From Phallusia mammillata (Eukaryota): a stretch of DNA of 64,000 nucleotides. The position numbers and the translations under genes are program-made. Shown in pieces: positions 11,968 through 25,100 of this stretch. Below the pieces are notes generated by a model, which saw only the letters and a list, made by a program, of their open reading frames with translations, had not been told where the DNA came from and made no database searches. The stretch lies in assembly GCA_965637545.1 (NCBI GenBank), contig OZ281494.1, positions 4,650,001 through 4,714,000 on the forward strand, given 5' to 3'. How positions within the stretch are numbered: the first letter of the stretch is position 1; every line of letters starts with the position of its first letter.

Positions 11968-14900
11968 ATGGAGGAAAATAATTGGTCTTCGGAAAATACA
12001 AAAAACAAAAATGGGGACATTAGAGCAGACAATCAACAAGATAAAAAAGATCGTGCAAAGTGGAAGAAATCTTTGGATTTTTTAATTTCGGCGGTTGGTT
12101 TGAACGTAGGACTCGGAAATGTTTGGAGGTTTCCTTATCTGTGCTTCAAAAACGGCGGAGGTAGGAAGATGTGTTGAGTATAGGCCTGCCATACGTCCTC
12201 TTTTTGGAGGACATGTCCTCCTTTTTAACAAAAACCAAGTTGTCCTCCGAGGACAAGAAATAGTACCAAAATGTCCTCCTTTATAAAGAATTTCTGATTT
12301 ACCAAATAAATATGTAACAATTATATATGCCTTTGAAAGAAGCCAAATATACATCTTCAGCTTATTGTTCAGAGAATAAAAGTTTTACATTTTTGAAAAT
12401 ACAAGCTTATTTTAGTAATGTGATGTGATAAATGTTAAACTTTATCCAAGCTAGTGAACACCGTCTAATTTCTGAAGCTTTTATTTTTGGGTTGGCCTTA
12501 AAGTATTTTTTCATGTTCTTTTAACCATGTGTCCTCGTTTTGGGGGTGGAAATATAGTAGACTTAGTTCAGTAGCACGACACAATGAGAGTGTTTGAGCC
12601 TTAAATAACTTGCTTCGGTTCGATTTCGCTGTTTTTGATCACTATATTCCTAATGGTCCTGCTATTACCTACGTTCAAAACGTTTGTTCATTATTTCTCA
12701 TTTCAGGAGCATTCCTTGTTCCTTATCTTCTCTTTACTGTGCTGATTGCGATTCCTGGCAACGTCCTTGATATTTCCTTAGGGCAGAGATTTAGACAGGG
12801 ACTCTTGAAGAGTTGGAATATAACCCCAATAATGAAAGGTAACTCAGATTGCCATGAGTCAGCAAAAAGTTATCTACTGTTTTATAAGTGATGAAGCAGC
12901 AAACATTTATGTATTTTTTGCAGGTATAGCAATTGCCCAAGTAATTTTACTAATAAATTTCTCGATATCCTATCCCATAATATTGGTGTGGGGAGTAAAG
13001 TACATCGTGGCCTCCTTTGCCAAAGAACTGCCTTGGTCCACTTGTCACAACGATTGGAATACTGTGAACTGTGTCACACCGAAAGATGTGAAGTTGAACT
13101 ACACACAGTTGCCTGGCAACCAAACGGCGGGAAATTTTAGCGGGAAAGTGTCTGCGGCCACAGAGTTTTGGAAGTAAGAAACGTAGTAGTGAGAATTATA
13201 AAGTTATTGATATTTTCTTAACAACTTTTTTCGCAACAAAAGATTTTGAACTCATTACATTTGACATTTAGAATAAAATGTATCGTTTTAAGGGAGTATT
13301 TTTTAAAAAGAAGTGTACATATGGATGACAGTGCTGCTGTTTTGTTTACAAGCATATGTTTATCGGAATAGCAAACATTAATACAAAGTCAAAACAATAC
13401 GTAATATTCCTCATACTCACTACAAACTACATTTGAAGACATTTTGAGTTTTAATTAACAATCTTAAATCGTTTCAGCTTCAAATTTAATGTTCACATGG
13501 ACATTTTTTGGGCTGTGACGACATGCACAGAAGTAGTAGTTTCGAAGTGTTTACATGCATCATCGACGTTTCTTTGTTTACATGCATCATCGACGTATTC
13601 AACAATATTTTCTTTGTTTACATCCGATCATCGACGTATTCAAAATTATTGAATTAATTAAAACAACATGCCATACCACAACTAAGTGCTTTAGTTTACA
13701 AACGATCTTACGTATTTCCAGCCTTAAAGTTCTTCAGAAATCCGCCGGTATCGAACAAATAGGAGATTTGGTTCCCGATCTGAGTGCTTATCTTCTTGTT
13801 ATATGGATCGGACTTTACTTGTGCATCTTTAAAGGAATTAACTGGTCAGCCAAGGTAAAATTCAAAAACAATTTTTCATTTGCATTCAAATTTATTAAAC
13901 CACAGTTACACGTAAATTTGTTTTACATCATAATTCAGATTGCCTACGTCACAGCTACACTTCCTTATGTTTTTATTGTCGTCATCCTTATACGTGGTCT
14001 GCTGCTTGAGGGCGCTAGTGAGGGAATTAAATACTTTTTAATCCCTGACTTGAACAAGTTGTTGGATCCTGGGGTAAGTGTAAAGGCAGCGAATTGCCCA
14101 AAAAATCATTGATCTGTTTACCGTTTTCGTTGCAACTGTAACAAAATACAATTTAGTTTTATCAGTAACATAAGTCTATTTTTCTTTGTGATTTTGTGGT
14201 AATAAACTATTTATTCCAGTAGAAGAAACTGTTGGATGTGATAATGTAGAAATGTGGTATGTCAAAGCTTTTGTGTTTTTTCAGTGTGGTCAAGTTGTTA
14301 AACACTGTTTTAAATGGATAAAAGTTAGGTGATTTGTTCAAATGGGTTACTTTGTCGTAAACCTTTACCAAGTTTGCATCAGCCACAGTGTATCAGCGTT
14401 CATTTATATAAGTTGATCTAAAATTGTGAAGCAGCCATGAGTTCGAATCATGCCGCAAATTATTTTTTACAATCTAATTCTTTGCTAAAAGGAAATGGTA
14501 AAAAGGCAAAATCCTGATTTAGCACCAGTCCAAAATAAAGCCAAGATGTAACTAAAGTTTTCTTGGTGTCTTTTCTTCCCAGAAAATAGTTGATCATTTG
14601 ATTCGATGTTTTGACAGGTTTGGGTCAGTGCTGGATCCCAGGTTTTATTCACAAACGCTCTGGCCTCGGGAGCACTTACATCACTTAGCACGTTTAACGA
14701 CTATCACCACAACCTGTGGAGGTACGTCTGTACTTGTGGTGGTTATGTAAAAATTAAAATTTTTGTTCCCTTTGTTAAGTCATTTAAAATATTTGGTCGT
14801 TTTGTAATAACCCCGCATGTTGTGCAAGCAATCGTGGCCTTTGTGTTACTGGTAAATACAATAAACAATCTTCTTATAAAGCAGGGTTTAAACAACAAAT

Positions 14901-16862
14901 GTTTAATTTTTTAAACAAATGTTTTTCAATATTTGTTTTTCGTTTTACACAGAGATGCTTTTTATATTGTGGCAGCAAACCTTATCGCAAGTTTCACTGC
15001 CGGGTTTGCTGTTTTCTCTGCTTTGGGTTTCATGGCAAACTACCAGGTAAGAAATGAATCCTCGAAATTGAGTAGTAGCTGTGTTAAGTTTTTGAGTTGT
15101 AACTTAAATGAGTCAAGTTATGCTCACTGTTGTTTTTACACACAAGCTTTTTGTACATTTGTAAAGTTACATTTTTTTACCAAGTTTGTAATTTTGTTTT
15201 GCTGTAGATTGTTGTATTAAAGCTCGCCATTACGTTCACAGAACAAAACCTTAGATGAAGTCGCCTCTTCCGGTCCGGGCTTGGCCTTCATAGTTTACCC
15301 CGAAATCCTTTCACTTCTACCAGCTCCACAACTCTGGTCCGTTCTATTCTTTCTCATGATTCTGTTCCTTGGATACGACACACAGGTCGGAAGAAAATGA
15401 CTTGAAACGTATGATTATATAACTTCCAATGCTGTTAAATAAGCTGGCAATCTCCCAACAAAAATCGAAATGTGCTACATATTGTGATCTAATTTTGCTG
15501 GGCCTTACCTTAAAGCCTAAAAAGTCAAATAGTTGAGCGCCAGCCCCGGATAACCCCCTGTCGTGGGTTCGAATCCCATCGCTGGCTAAGTGTTTTCACC
15601 CTATTCTGCATGGAGGTGCTTTGAGACCAGCTCGATTTGCTAATGCGTCCCTTTGTTAAATATTCTTGTCAGTTTGAACATTTTTTGCAACACAATTCAT
15701 ACCAGATGAATAGTAAGCTCTTAACTTTTGGTGTGTTCAGTTTGTTTGCTTGGAAGCAGTTATAACGGCAATCATGGACAACTGCCGGATGTTAAGACAC
15801 TATAAATATGGCAGGAGCATAACACTAGCGATTCTGTTTGCTGTTTTCATGTTACTCGGTCTTTCCATGGTCACACAGGTTTGTGTTTCTATAACTTTTT
15901 AGTCATGGTAGAAAAACATTGAAAATCAAATCAAACCAAATTCAGTTGATTTGCTTTGTTACTTTGTCATTCATAACTGTTAAACGGTTTTTATAGCAGC
16001 AAGGACACCCAAAAAACATGACTTAATTATCAAGTCAACTAATAATGTAAATTCGCACCTTGGGGTTTTCTTTTCAAACTCTGGTAAAAGCTGCTTAAAA
16101 TTAAACTAAGAAAAACTTAACCAAAGCACTTCAGCAAAGTGTCCAAAAGGCGACAATTTAAAGCTGGTATGTTTACTCAGGGAGGTGTTTACATCTTTGA
16201 ACTGCATAGCTCTTACGGTGTCGCGGGTTGGTGTTGGCTTGTGATGGTTATGTGTCAGTGTGTGGCCGCCTCGTGGTTCTACGGATTCGACAGATACTGG
16301 GAGGATTTGGTAAAGATGATTGGCGAAAAGAGAGGAAAGATGTGGATCAAAATATCATGGAAGTTCATCTCACCTATAACTTGCGGGGTTCAGTTTTGTA
16401 ATTGTTATGCATGTGTGTGATATGCTAAAGATGTGTATTTTACAAACAGACGATGGCAATCTACTTAATGGCGAACATCAAACGTCCGACATATGATGAC
16501 TATACTTACCCTGTATGGGCTGAATGTATTGGACATCTCACAAGTCTAAGTTCAATTGCGTTTATACCTGGTTATGCAATCTACAAACTTGTGAAAACTT
16601 GGCGAAGCGGTGAAAACATTAAACAGGTATGCATAAATAGATTTGTGGAGCAAATCTAGTTTTGTTGAATAGAATACAGGTTTAAACATAAAAATAAAGA
16701 ATCCTTTCGTCTAACAAACATCATTTGCTAGCTGCAGCTCCATTGTTCATAATAATATTTTTTGTTTGTTTTTAGTTGCTGGCTGCGCAGAAGATTGACG
16801 CCGATCCAACATCCGGGTTACCTACTACGTCTACACACGAAAACTTGGAAACGCTGCTTTGA
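11968..16862 (+). CDS. SLC6 (neurotransmitter:sodium symporter family) transporter, ~597 aa, substrate unassigned
   Basis: 12 exons, all GT-AG with consistent phases: 11968-12160, 12707-12838, 12924-13173, 13722-13854, 13939-14073, 14618-14721, 14953-15046, 15242-15385, 15741-15878, 16181-16387, 16450-16626, 16776-16862. Motifs [58 protein letters not shown]. Ends ETLL-stop. Confidence 0.95.
12181..12565. mobile_element. Older hAT-type MITE in SLC6 intron 1
   Basis: Left end TAGGCCTGCCATAC; degenerate right end AATATAGTAGACTTA. Flanks GTTGAGTA and GTTCAGTA form an 8-bp TSD with one mismatch. Repeated TGTCCTC(C) subterminal motifs. Confidence 0.7.
13549..13641. repeat. Three imperfect tandem copies of GTTTACATGCATCATCGACGT
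   Basis: Copies start at about 13549, 13576 and 13616 in SLC6 intron 3. Confidence 0.8.
15515..15650 (+). mobile_element. Diverged copy of the 9585-9748 tRNA-derived SINE
   Basis: GAGCGCCAGCCCCGGATAACCCCCTGTCGTGGGTTCGAATCCCATCGCTGGCT aligns to the 9748-9676 head, and the following tail is also similar. Located in SLC6 intron 8. Confidence 0.75.
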
Positions 16863-16941
16863 CCTTAAATTGACCTTCAGATAAATCCAACAACTATATT
16901 TGGACATTTTTACAAACATCACGGTTATTATTTAGCTTAAT

Positions 16942-16980
16942 AGTGCGCCAGGCCAATTAAAGGCGTTATGCCGAATCACC
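16942..16980 (-). mobile_element. 3' tail fragment of the same SINE in the SLC6 3' region
   Basis: AGTGCGCCAGGCCAATTAAAGGCGTTATGCCGAATCA versus 9585 AGTACGCCAGGCCCATTGAAGGCGCTATACCGAATCA. Confidence 0.7.
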
Positions 16981-17209
16981 AACTTAGTTTTTTGTCCCTA
17001 AACTAGCCATAATTTTTTTCAACAAACAACTTATTTACTTAAAACTATTGATATTCTTTGAAAATTTAGCCATTTGTTTAACTTAGTCTCTCACTTGTAC
17101 GCTTTGCATATTGCTGTGCTTCACATCATATTTCATTTTAAAAACTTATTTATAAAATCGCAAGGTTTCACATATTGTTTGAATGTTAAAAATATTGCTT
17201 CGCATAACG

Positions 17210-17529
17210 CAGGAGTGGGCAACCTTTGTTAATGTGAGGCCAAATACAATACCCAATATTAGATCGCGGGCCGCACCTGTGTATAACACAAGGTGATTTT
17301 ACTTCGTTGCTTAACAAATATACTTAATTACAAGTAAAATTCGCTTTTGATTCTAGTCACAAAACGCCTGGTCGCAGACAAATTGCATCGGGCGCATTAA
17401 TCTGCTTAAAAATATGTAATATTTGGACTCGTTTATCAGTACATTTCAAATTCAATCGTCTCTGCGGACCGCACAACCTTTACATTAAGGGCCGCATCTG
17501 GCCCGCGGGCCGCAGGTTGCCCACCCCTG
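17210..17529. mobile_element. hAT-type MITE, 320 bp
   Basis: TIR CAGGAGTGGGCAACCT / AGGTTGCCCACCCCTG. Perfect TSD GCATAACG. Subterminal GCGGGCCGCA motifs. Confidence 0.95.
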
Positions 17530-19166
17530 GCATAACGTATGCTTAAGCGATATCAGCGACAGAAAGTTGTTAACCAGATTTCTGTGAACAACGGCAAATA
17601 TGGGTTTAACGCCGTACGCTTTATCATCATTAATCGAATAAAATAATGTTGCACAAACATTTCTTGATTCAAATGCAAGACAAACCATTTGGTTACATTA
17701 TACATTGTTTTGGTACAACTCTGTGTTATAAGTTTGGAGAAATGACTGCAACCACAAGGAAATAACAAAACCCGAAACCGAACAGTTGCCAAATTAAAGT
17801 TAAACTAAAGACAAACAAAACCGAGAAAATCTAGCTGGGTTTGTGAAATCGTGACACAAGTAATAACACGAATTTCCTAAGCAACGCGTCAGCCCTTCAG
17901 CAACTACGCAACACTATTATCGCTTCCGACAAGCTGTCAGTCTTGAGGCAGAAACTTCTGCTAGTGTGAGAAGGCAGCAGTAGAGTTAGTTTAACTTGAT
18001 GTTGTTCTTATGAGACATTAGCAGCAGTAGTATACTACTAAATAGTAGCTATAGTAGCAGGGATGTTTGTTAAATTAAGTAAAAAGATAGCATAGATTGC
18101 CTCTATAAGTCGATATCAGAGTTTGCCTCTGAACCTGGACATGTCTAGCAGTTGGACAGGCAAGAGCAAAGTTTGTACCTATTCCGGTTAGCCGCAGTGT
18201 CATGTTCTGTTTACGAACAGTTTTTGTTATTAACAGAGGTATAAATATGTAATCATACCAGAGACAAAAAGCTTAAAGATACGGTTTTATTAAGCACATT
18301 AATACCAATTGTGTTTTTCTATATTTAGGTATTGTTTGTAACTACAGTCAAAATGCATTGTCATGCTGATTTTTGTTTTGAATATATGTTTATCTTTACG
18401 TCAACAAAAAAGATTCTGTTGAGATATAAACTTTATCAGGAAAATTAAATTTGTGATTTATGAAATATAATACTGCCAAAATTAGACATTAGATAAAAGG
18501 CAATAAATGTAGGAACGAAACTCATTTTAGAGGTTTTTGGCATTTATTTAATTATAACTTCATCACTGCAACAATATTAAACTGTTCACAACCCAGTTTA
18601 AGTCAAAATTCATGCTTTTAAATTCGCCAACCGGCTCCATTCATTTGATCAATGAGATTCATTAGACTAGAACGAGCATGACGTCATCCTGTATACGACA
18701 AATTGCAAATTTCGTGACGTCGACTCAATGTTCGTGTTGTCTTGTTAAACTAGAGATTGATCTGGATGTCTGGAAGTCCGTATTTAATCGACGCTCGTTA
18801 TGTTGATAAATTGCGTTTATTTAAAACTTTGCAATTGGCATAACTGCTCCGTTATCGTCAACAATCGTCAACAACCGTTAGTATTGAAAACATTGATATT
18901 AATTGTTTCAATCTACAGTCGCGTGGGAAGGTTCAGTAAATTCGGACAAGTTAAATTGCCGCCTTACATTGTTTGTAAACTTTTGCCTTTTTCTTGTTGA
19001 ATAAGGAACAGATAAAGCTAAAATTTTTAGAAAAATGTATATCCTGTGAACAAAGCACTGTATAAAACTTAGTTTTTTAATTGTTTTAACAGATTACATG
19101 TGGAAAAATATGTAAGCTTAGCAAAAATGTAACTTTAATAATCTCTCCACTAACTTATCTGCAAAG

Positions 19167-22100
19167 ATGGATAACATGTTTATAGTCTTAATCCTTTTAT
19201 TTATTCCCCAACTTATGGGTCAAGGTAAGACCGGTAATATTTTTGTTTTGTTTTCGGGGTGCATAAAAAAGGTATTTCATGTTAAAAGGTATATAACGGC
19301 ATTAACAGAAAATATTTGCGTTATATGCACAAACATTTTTTTACAAATGGGATTTCTAAAACAATATAAACAACAACGCTTTTGTTTAAGTTTTGGAATG
19401 TAGCCAACCAACCAAAGTTCATTTAATTAAACCTTTATGATTTTCAGAGTGCTCAAGATACATTAGTTCCAATGAAAGGGTGATCGTTCTTTCAAATGAC
19501 CAGAAGAACGTAAAATCCGCGCAAGCATCTTGTAAAGTGAAAGGGGGACAACTTGCTTTGTTAGATTCTCAACCTAGCATTGATCAAGTTTCATCGATTG
19601 CAACTAAACTCTTTACTAAAGGTAAAATGGTGTTTAACTCAAATTGGCAAATTGTTTGTATTAGATGTAACGCCCGTTTTATGGACATAAAATTGACCAT
19701 TTGACCAGGCACTGACCATCATGAAGCCATAGTAAAGCTAAGACAAAGGGTGCGAAATGCAAAAGTTTACAAACATGCAACTTGCATCAGCTTAGAACAA
19801 TTCCTGATTTGTCTAAAAGTCTTCATTAACAAATGCAAAGAATCGTTTAGAATGTACATTAGTTTTTGTTCTATTTGTCGAATAGGGCAATCGCGTTGTA
19901 TCTATAGGTTCCACTTCCGCCTCAATTGCATTGGTTCACAACTTTGCCCCTGTCTTTTGATGAACACTTTTAACTCAATCTATCAAAAAATACACACGAA
20001 TTAATCTGACTGTTACGCATCAACTTTGCAATCACATACGACTGATTACTTTTTTCAGATTTGCAAATTGTGTGGATGTACCAACAAAATTCTAATCGTT
20101 TTAAATACTCCAGGATAAAGATAACTAAGGGGAGTTGGAAACCTGCCATTTATAATGGTTTACATTTTTATTTTCATTTGTATAAAAGGTTAGTACTTTC
20201 ATCGGTGACAAATACCGCAGAACTCTAATAAAAAAGTATTGACATAACATTTATTTTAACAAAACTTTTTCCATCCTGAGAGTAATTTAAGTACTTGAAA
20301 CATTACCCTCTACAGTTTCTCAAACAACAGAATACCAGTATATTTCTGTGTTCCTGCCGGATCTGATTCAAGATACTTGGTACAACCAAGAAATACATGC
20401 GAAGGCAACGGTTAGTGTTACTTTTCACAGCTGTGCGCATGCATTACAAAATTTCCTTTAATTTCCACCAGCATTGTGCGTTTGACACATATCTTTAAAC
20501 TTATGCATTTGATATTATGATTGCTGTTATTGTTTGTAGGTTGGAAAACCAAATTTAAATTGTATGCATCAAATACGAGTGGACCAGTAACTAAGACGTT
20601 GTATAGTTATAAAGTTTCCCAACCTTTCAACACAAAGTTATGGCCAGTAAAAGAAGACAATGGTTTCGAATTGGCGAAGAGCAAAAACAATTTGTATGTG
20701 TTAGGTAGGTAACTCTGGTCGGACAAAATATGTCGGAATCAATATGTTAGGCAGTTCTTAAACCAATCAAAACTTTTTTCTCAGTAGGACTAAATGTGTA
20801 TATGTGTTGCGTTTGGTATGTAGCAGTCACAAATAAAAAGGTACAATTTAAATTATAAAATAGCCGCTAACCCCAGAAAATAAATTTTTGTTTAGTTATA
20901 TTTTTTACTGCACGTTACAGATGTTAATATTTGGTTGGGATCAACATCATCATGTTCCCCATCTACTTTACACTACGGTGAGAGTTGGACGCCAAACTGC
21001 AACATTGATGTCAACACAACAGCTTTCTACGCTTGTCAGTTTACACGTGAGTTCTCAGTAAAAGATTGTTTTCATTTTCACTGTTTTTATAGAACTGATT
21101 GCTATTCTTGCTATTTCAAGTGTTACTGAACAAAAAAATATTTCTAAAAACGTTTGGCGTTATTACAGTTTTATTAGAGTTATTATAGAATGTTTGAAAA
21201 ACACAAAAAATAATAAATCACTTGAAACTTAGAAGTAGTGCTGATCCATTGGCTGTAATCTTAAATGAATGCGTTTTTTAAGTTGCGACTGCAAATAAAA
21301 TAAAACATAACAGCAAAGTTAAATTTGTTGTTATTTCTTATTTAGTAAACGCGACTGCGATATACAACTGTGAAGGACTGGTTGTGTACTGGTCTGGAAA
21401 TTTACATCAATTAACCAATTCAAGAAACGGAAGAGGGATCATAGTTGAGGTTACAAATTGTTTTTGTTTTTTTATAATCCAACTCTGAAATTCTGAAGTC
21501 CAACTTTTTGTAACCTTTTAAAGCGTTAAACTGTTGTGAGATCAGTAAATATGTTTGTTTTTTATGGATGTAACTTTTACTTAGACAGTGTTTGTTTTTT
21601 TACCAACAAATGCACTACAAAAACTGAACTACTAAAACAGGGTACCTTTAGGTGCTTCAAATGCACAAAGTTAATATGCTAAACGTGCGTGTATGTTACT
21701 ATTGCTTACGTAATATGTTTCAAAAACAACTGTTAACGTTAAAATATGACAGGTTGAAGTTCTAAACACAAACATCAAAAAGTCTTTTCCTTACAATGAC
21801 AAGTCTCATATCATCCCCGACGGTTTGCCCAAGAATGTGGTTCATCAAGTTAAGGTAAGGTTTTCTAGGACAAGTACAATTCTAAAATAATAATGTTCAG
21901 GGCAACTAAGTATTAACTTAAAAGTATTTACTATTCAGAAGTTTTAGTTTTGTCGAGCCGCTTTAGACAAACTTACAATTAAAGAAGCTTAACTTTCCAC
22001 CTTGTAGTGCTAAAACACTATTTTTAATGTTTTGTCATTACCCTGATGGGCAACTACTTGACAATTCGACTGGCAAAATATTAGAAGGATTTTAATATAA

Positions 22101-25100
22101 GGGGTTATATAAGGGTTCATATTTTAAACATGTCAAAACCTTATGGCAGGTAACAGCAAAGTTGACTGCTTGCCCCAAAGTTGTCGCATCCAAGACCATT
22201 CAAGTTCCAGTATCACGTGGTCAACAATCGAGCCGTGTTTCTTATCTTTTGAAAGAAAGCTGGATTAACATCACAAAAAGTGATTGCGTCTTGACTGTTG
22301 TTGGTGATGTCTCATCTAAAAATGGATTCTGCAAAATTCAGGTTAAACTGAATTTCATTCGTTAATGTATTTTTTCATGTGTGTTGTATGTATGTGTTCA
22401 AAAGTTTTACGTTTATTGCAGCTAAATGTTGAAGATCAAGCTGTTCAAACTTTTAACATCAATCAGAGACAAAACTTATTCAGGTTTCAGACGGATCAAA
22501 GCAAAATTGGTTCGACTCTGAATTTTTCAGTAAGCTTCTTGTCATCATTATCTTGCTGTGTTGTTTATACACAATTTTTACAGGTCTATTTTACCATTAA
22601 CGGTGCCGTTTGCACATTCCAGTAGGGATTATGTGTTTTGATTTTCATATCTTAGTTTTTTTTTTTAAATATGTTATTTGGACGCATAATTGTATTCTAC
22701 GGTATTGTAACCACAGCAGATTGATGTGAAAGTGTTTTTAACAAACACACTGACAATTTCAGGTTCTTGCTTACGGAACTTTTACATCTTTTCCGCAACA
22801 AACGGCAACTGTCGCTTGCTCAGGTTTTACAACAAACCAAGGTGATAGATGTTTTCAAGTTGAATACTTTTCACTAAATTGATAAAATAAATTCATTATT
22901 ATTATGAGAATGACCCATACTAAGCTAGCTTTTGTTTTATTAAACATTTTTGTGCGTAAGTTTTTTGATATGACACGTGTGGTACACCAAGCAATAATGC
23001 TTATCTTTGATATTTTATCTTTATAGGCATATAAACGACTTTTTATTCGCAGTAACACGGAGTAACTCTGGCAGTTTGGCTGGAGCTCTGGTAGCAGTTG
23101 TTTTAATTCTGGTCGTTGTTATTGCTCTGGCTGTGTTCTATTACAGAAAGTTAGTTTTTTGCTAATCTTTTTCAAATTTTCAGAGATGTAAAAAATTAAT
23201 CATATTTACCTAAAACCTAATTATCCGCAACACATATACTCATACACTCAAAAGTAAATAGTTTAAAATTTGTAATTTTCTTTTTTATATAAAGGCGCAG
23301 GCGCAAGAACAAACTCCCAACACTTTCAATTTATCGTCCAAATGGTGAGTATGTGGGCTTTGTAAGAAAATTAACATTTTGAATTGTATGTTTATTTGTT
23401 TTTTATTTTTTAGGAAACAATCGAGCATCTTCGATTTTTCGCCACGAAGAAAACCCAAACGAAAACGTAAGTGAAACATATTAGCCAAGGTCACAACACC
23501 ATTAATTGAAAAGAGAAAAAAGAAATTGTGTTTTTTGTAGGTGATAAACATTATTGAAATCCCCCCTGTTACTATTCAACCCCAGCAACAGCCAGAAACT
23601 GAAACATTCAATGGTAACTAGCGTTATAAATTACCTTTCCGACTTTTTGTCCAAAACGTTTACACAATAATAACAAAAAATAATAAGAGAAACTATTAAT
23701 AATTTTCTGGTTTGCAGCCATATCATTTTTATGTTTTGTAGCCATTGTGTCCACAAACTGGGATGACAAATCGATCAAAGACAAACATTTGCTGCAAGCT
23801 TACATCGATAATTCAGTGGATGGATTTAAAGCATGGAAACTTCAATACGAAGTAAATACATTTATTTGTTTGTACTTTCCTCCGTCGGACAAAGCAGAAA
23901 AGAAAGAATTTAACTAAGAATTCCGGAACAAACTTCACTTCAAATCATTTACGTTACTCTATAGTCTCTGCAGAGATGCATGTTTTCTCAAAACTAGTTA
24001 CTATTGTTGAACATACTCAAAATGCTTTAGAAATGTAAAAACCAGGCAGTTTCATTTTTGAACAAAATTACATCAAAGCACTAAACAAAATAATTGTGCC
24101 CCAGTCATGCACTCACCTTAAACATAATTACCACGAAGAGCATCATGGAGCAGCTTTTAAAATATCATTTTAGGTCACTTTTGACTTTTCACTTTAAAGC
24201 TAAAGTTTCTGCCTGCTTTTTTTACTGTATTTCTATTTTGCTTTATTGTACTTTCAGGAAATATGTCGAGTGAGCAAGGCAAGTAACAGAACCAATAACG
24301 TGGCGAAGAAGCCATCCAACAAAAAAAGAAACCGCTACAAAGACATTTACCCTTGTAAGTTGGTTTTTGTTTGCATATTCCATTCAAACAAGTCAAACAG
24401 GAAATAACTTTAACTCTAAGAATCGGCCAAAATTAAATAAGATACAGAGTATGCTTATTATTTAGGTGAAATATACACATCTCAAAAAACGTCGAATATC
24501 TTTTTTTGGAACTAATGTGTGTTGTTTAACCAAAATCAATCGTAGTATCTGACTATAAATATATTCGGGTTTGCCAATCTATGGCAAAGTGTTAACATAT
24601 TTTTCCATATTTACATATAGACGACAACGCGAGGGTCGTTCTAAGCGGAGACGAAGAACATGATTACATCAACGCATCCTATATACCTGTAAGGTTACGT
24701 TTAACTTATTATTAATCTATTAATTGTCTAACAACCTTATACTTTACCATTTCACGTTTCAAGAAATTTTTTATTACGCCGGTTGTGTTTGCAAATGCTG
24801 TTAGCCAATCAAACAAAAATTTTGCAAAGCAACGTGTTTTTTTAATTTGAAAAAACATAAAGGTGTTTAAATGGAAAATCTAAAGACAATTTTATAAAAA
24901 GTTTAAGCACTTTATATCTTAAAGCAGTGCCTTTTGGTGTCATATTTTGGGCACTGCAATTACAACGTCGTCGCTCTTTTGTCAGGGTTATTATGGAGAA
25001 CGGAAGTTCATCGCCGCACAAGGACCCAAGTCTGAAACACTTGAAGATTTTTGGAGGATGATTTGGGAAAACGGCACAACATTAGTTGTTATGCTTACAA

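Noticed and set aside
22584-22621. Extra PTP exon suggested by ORF 22365-22625
   Set aside because: 38 nt would break the frame, there is no counterpart in the paralog, and the flanking exons already join in phase 0.
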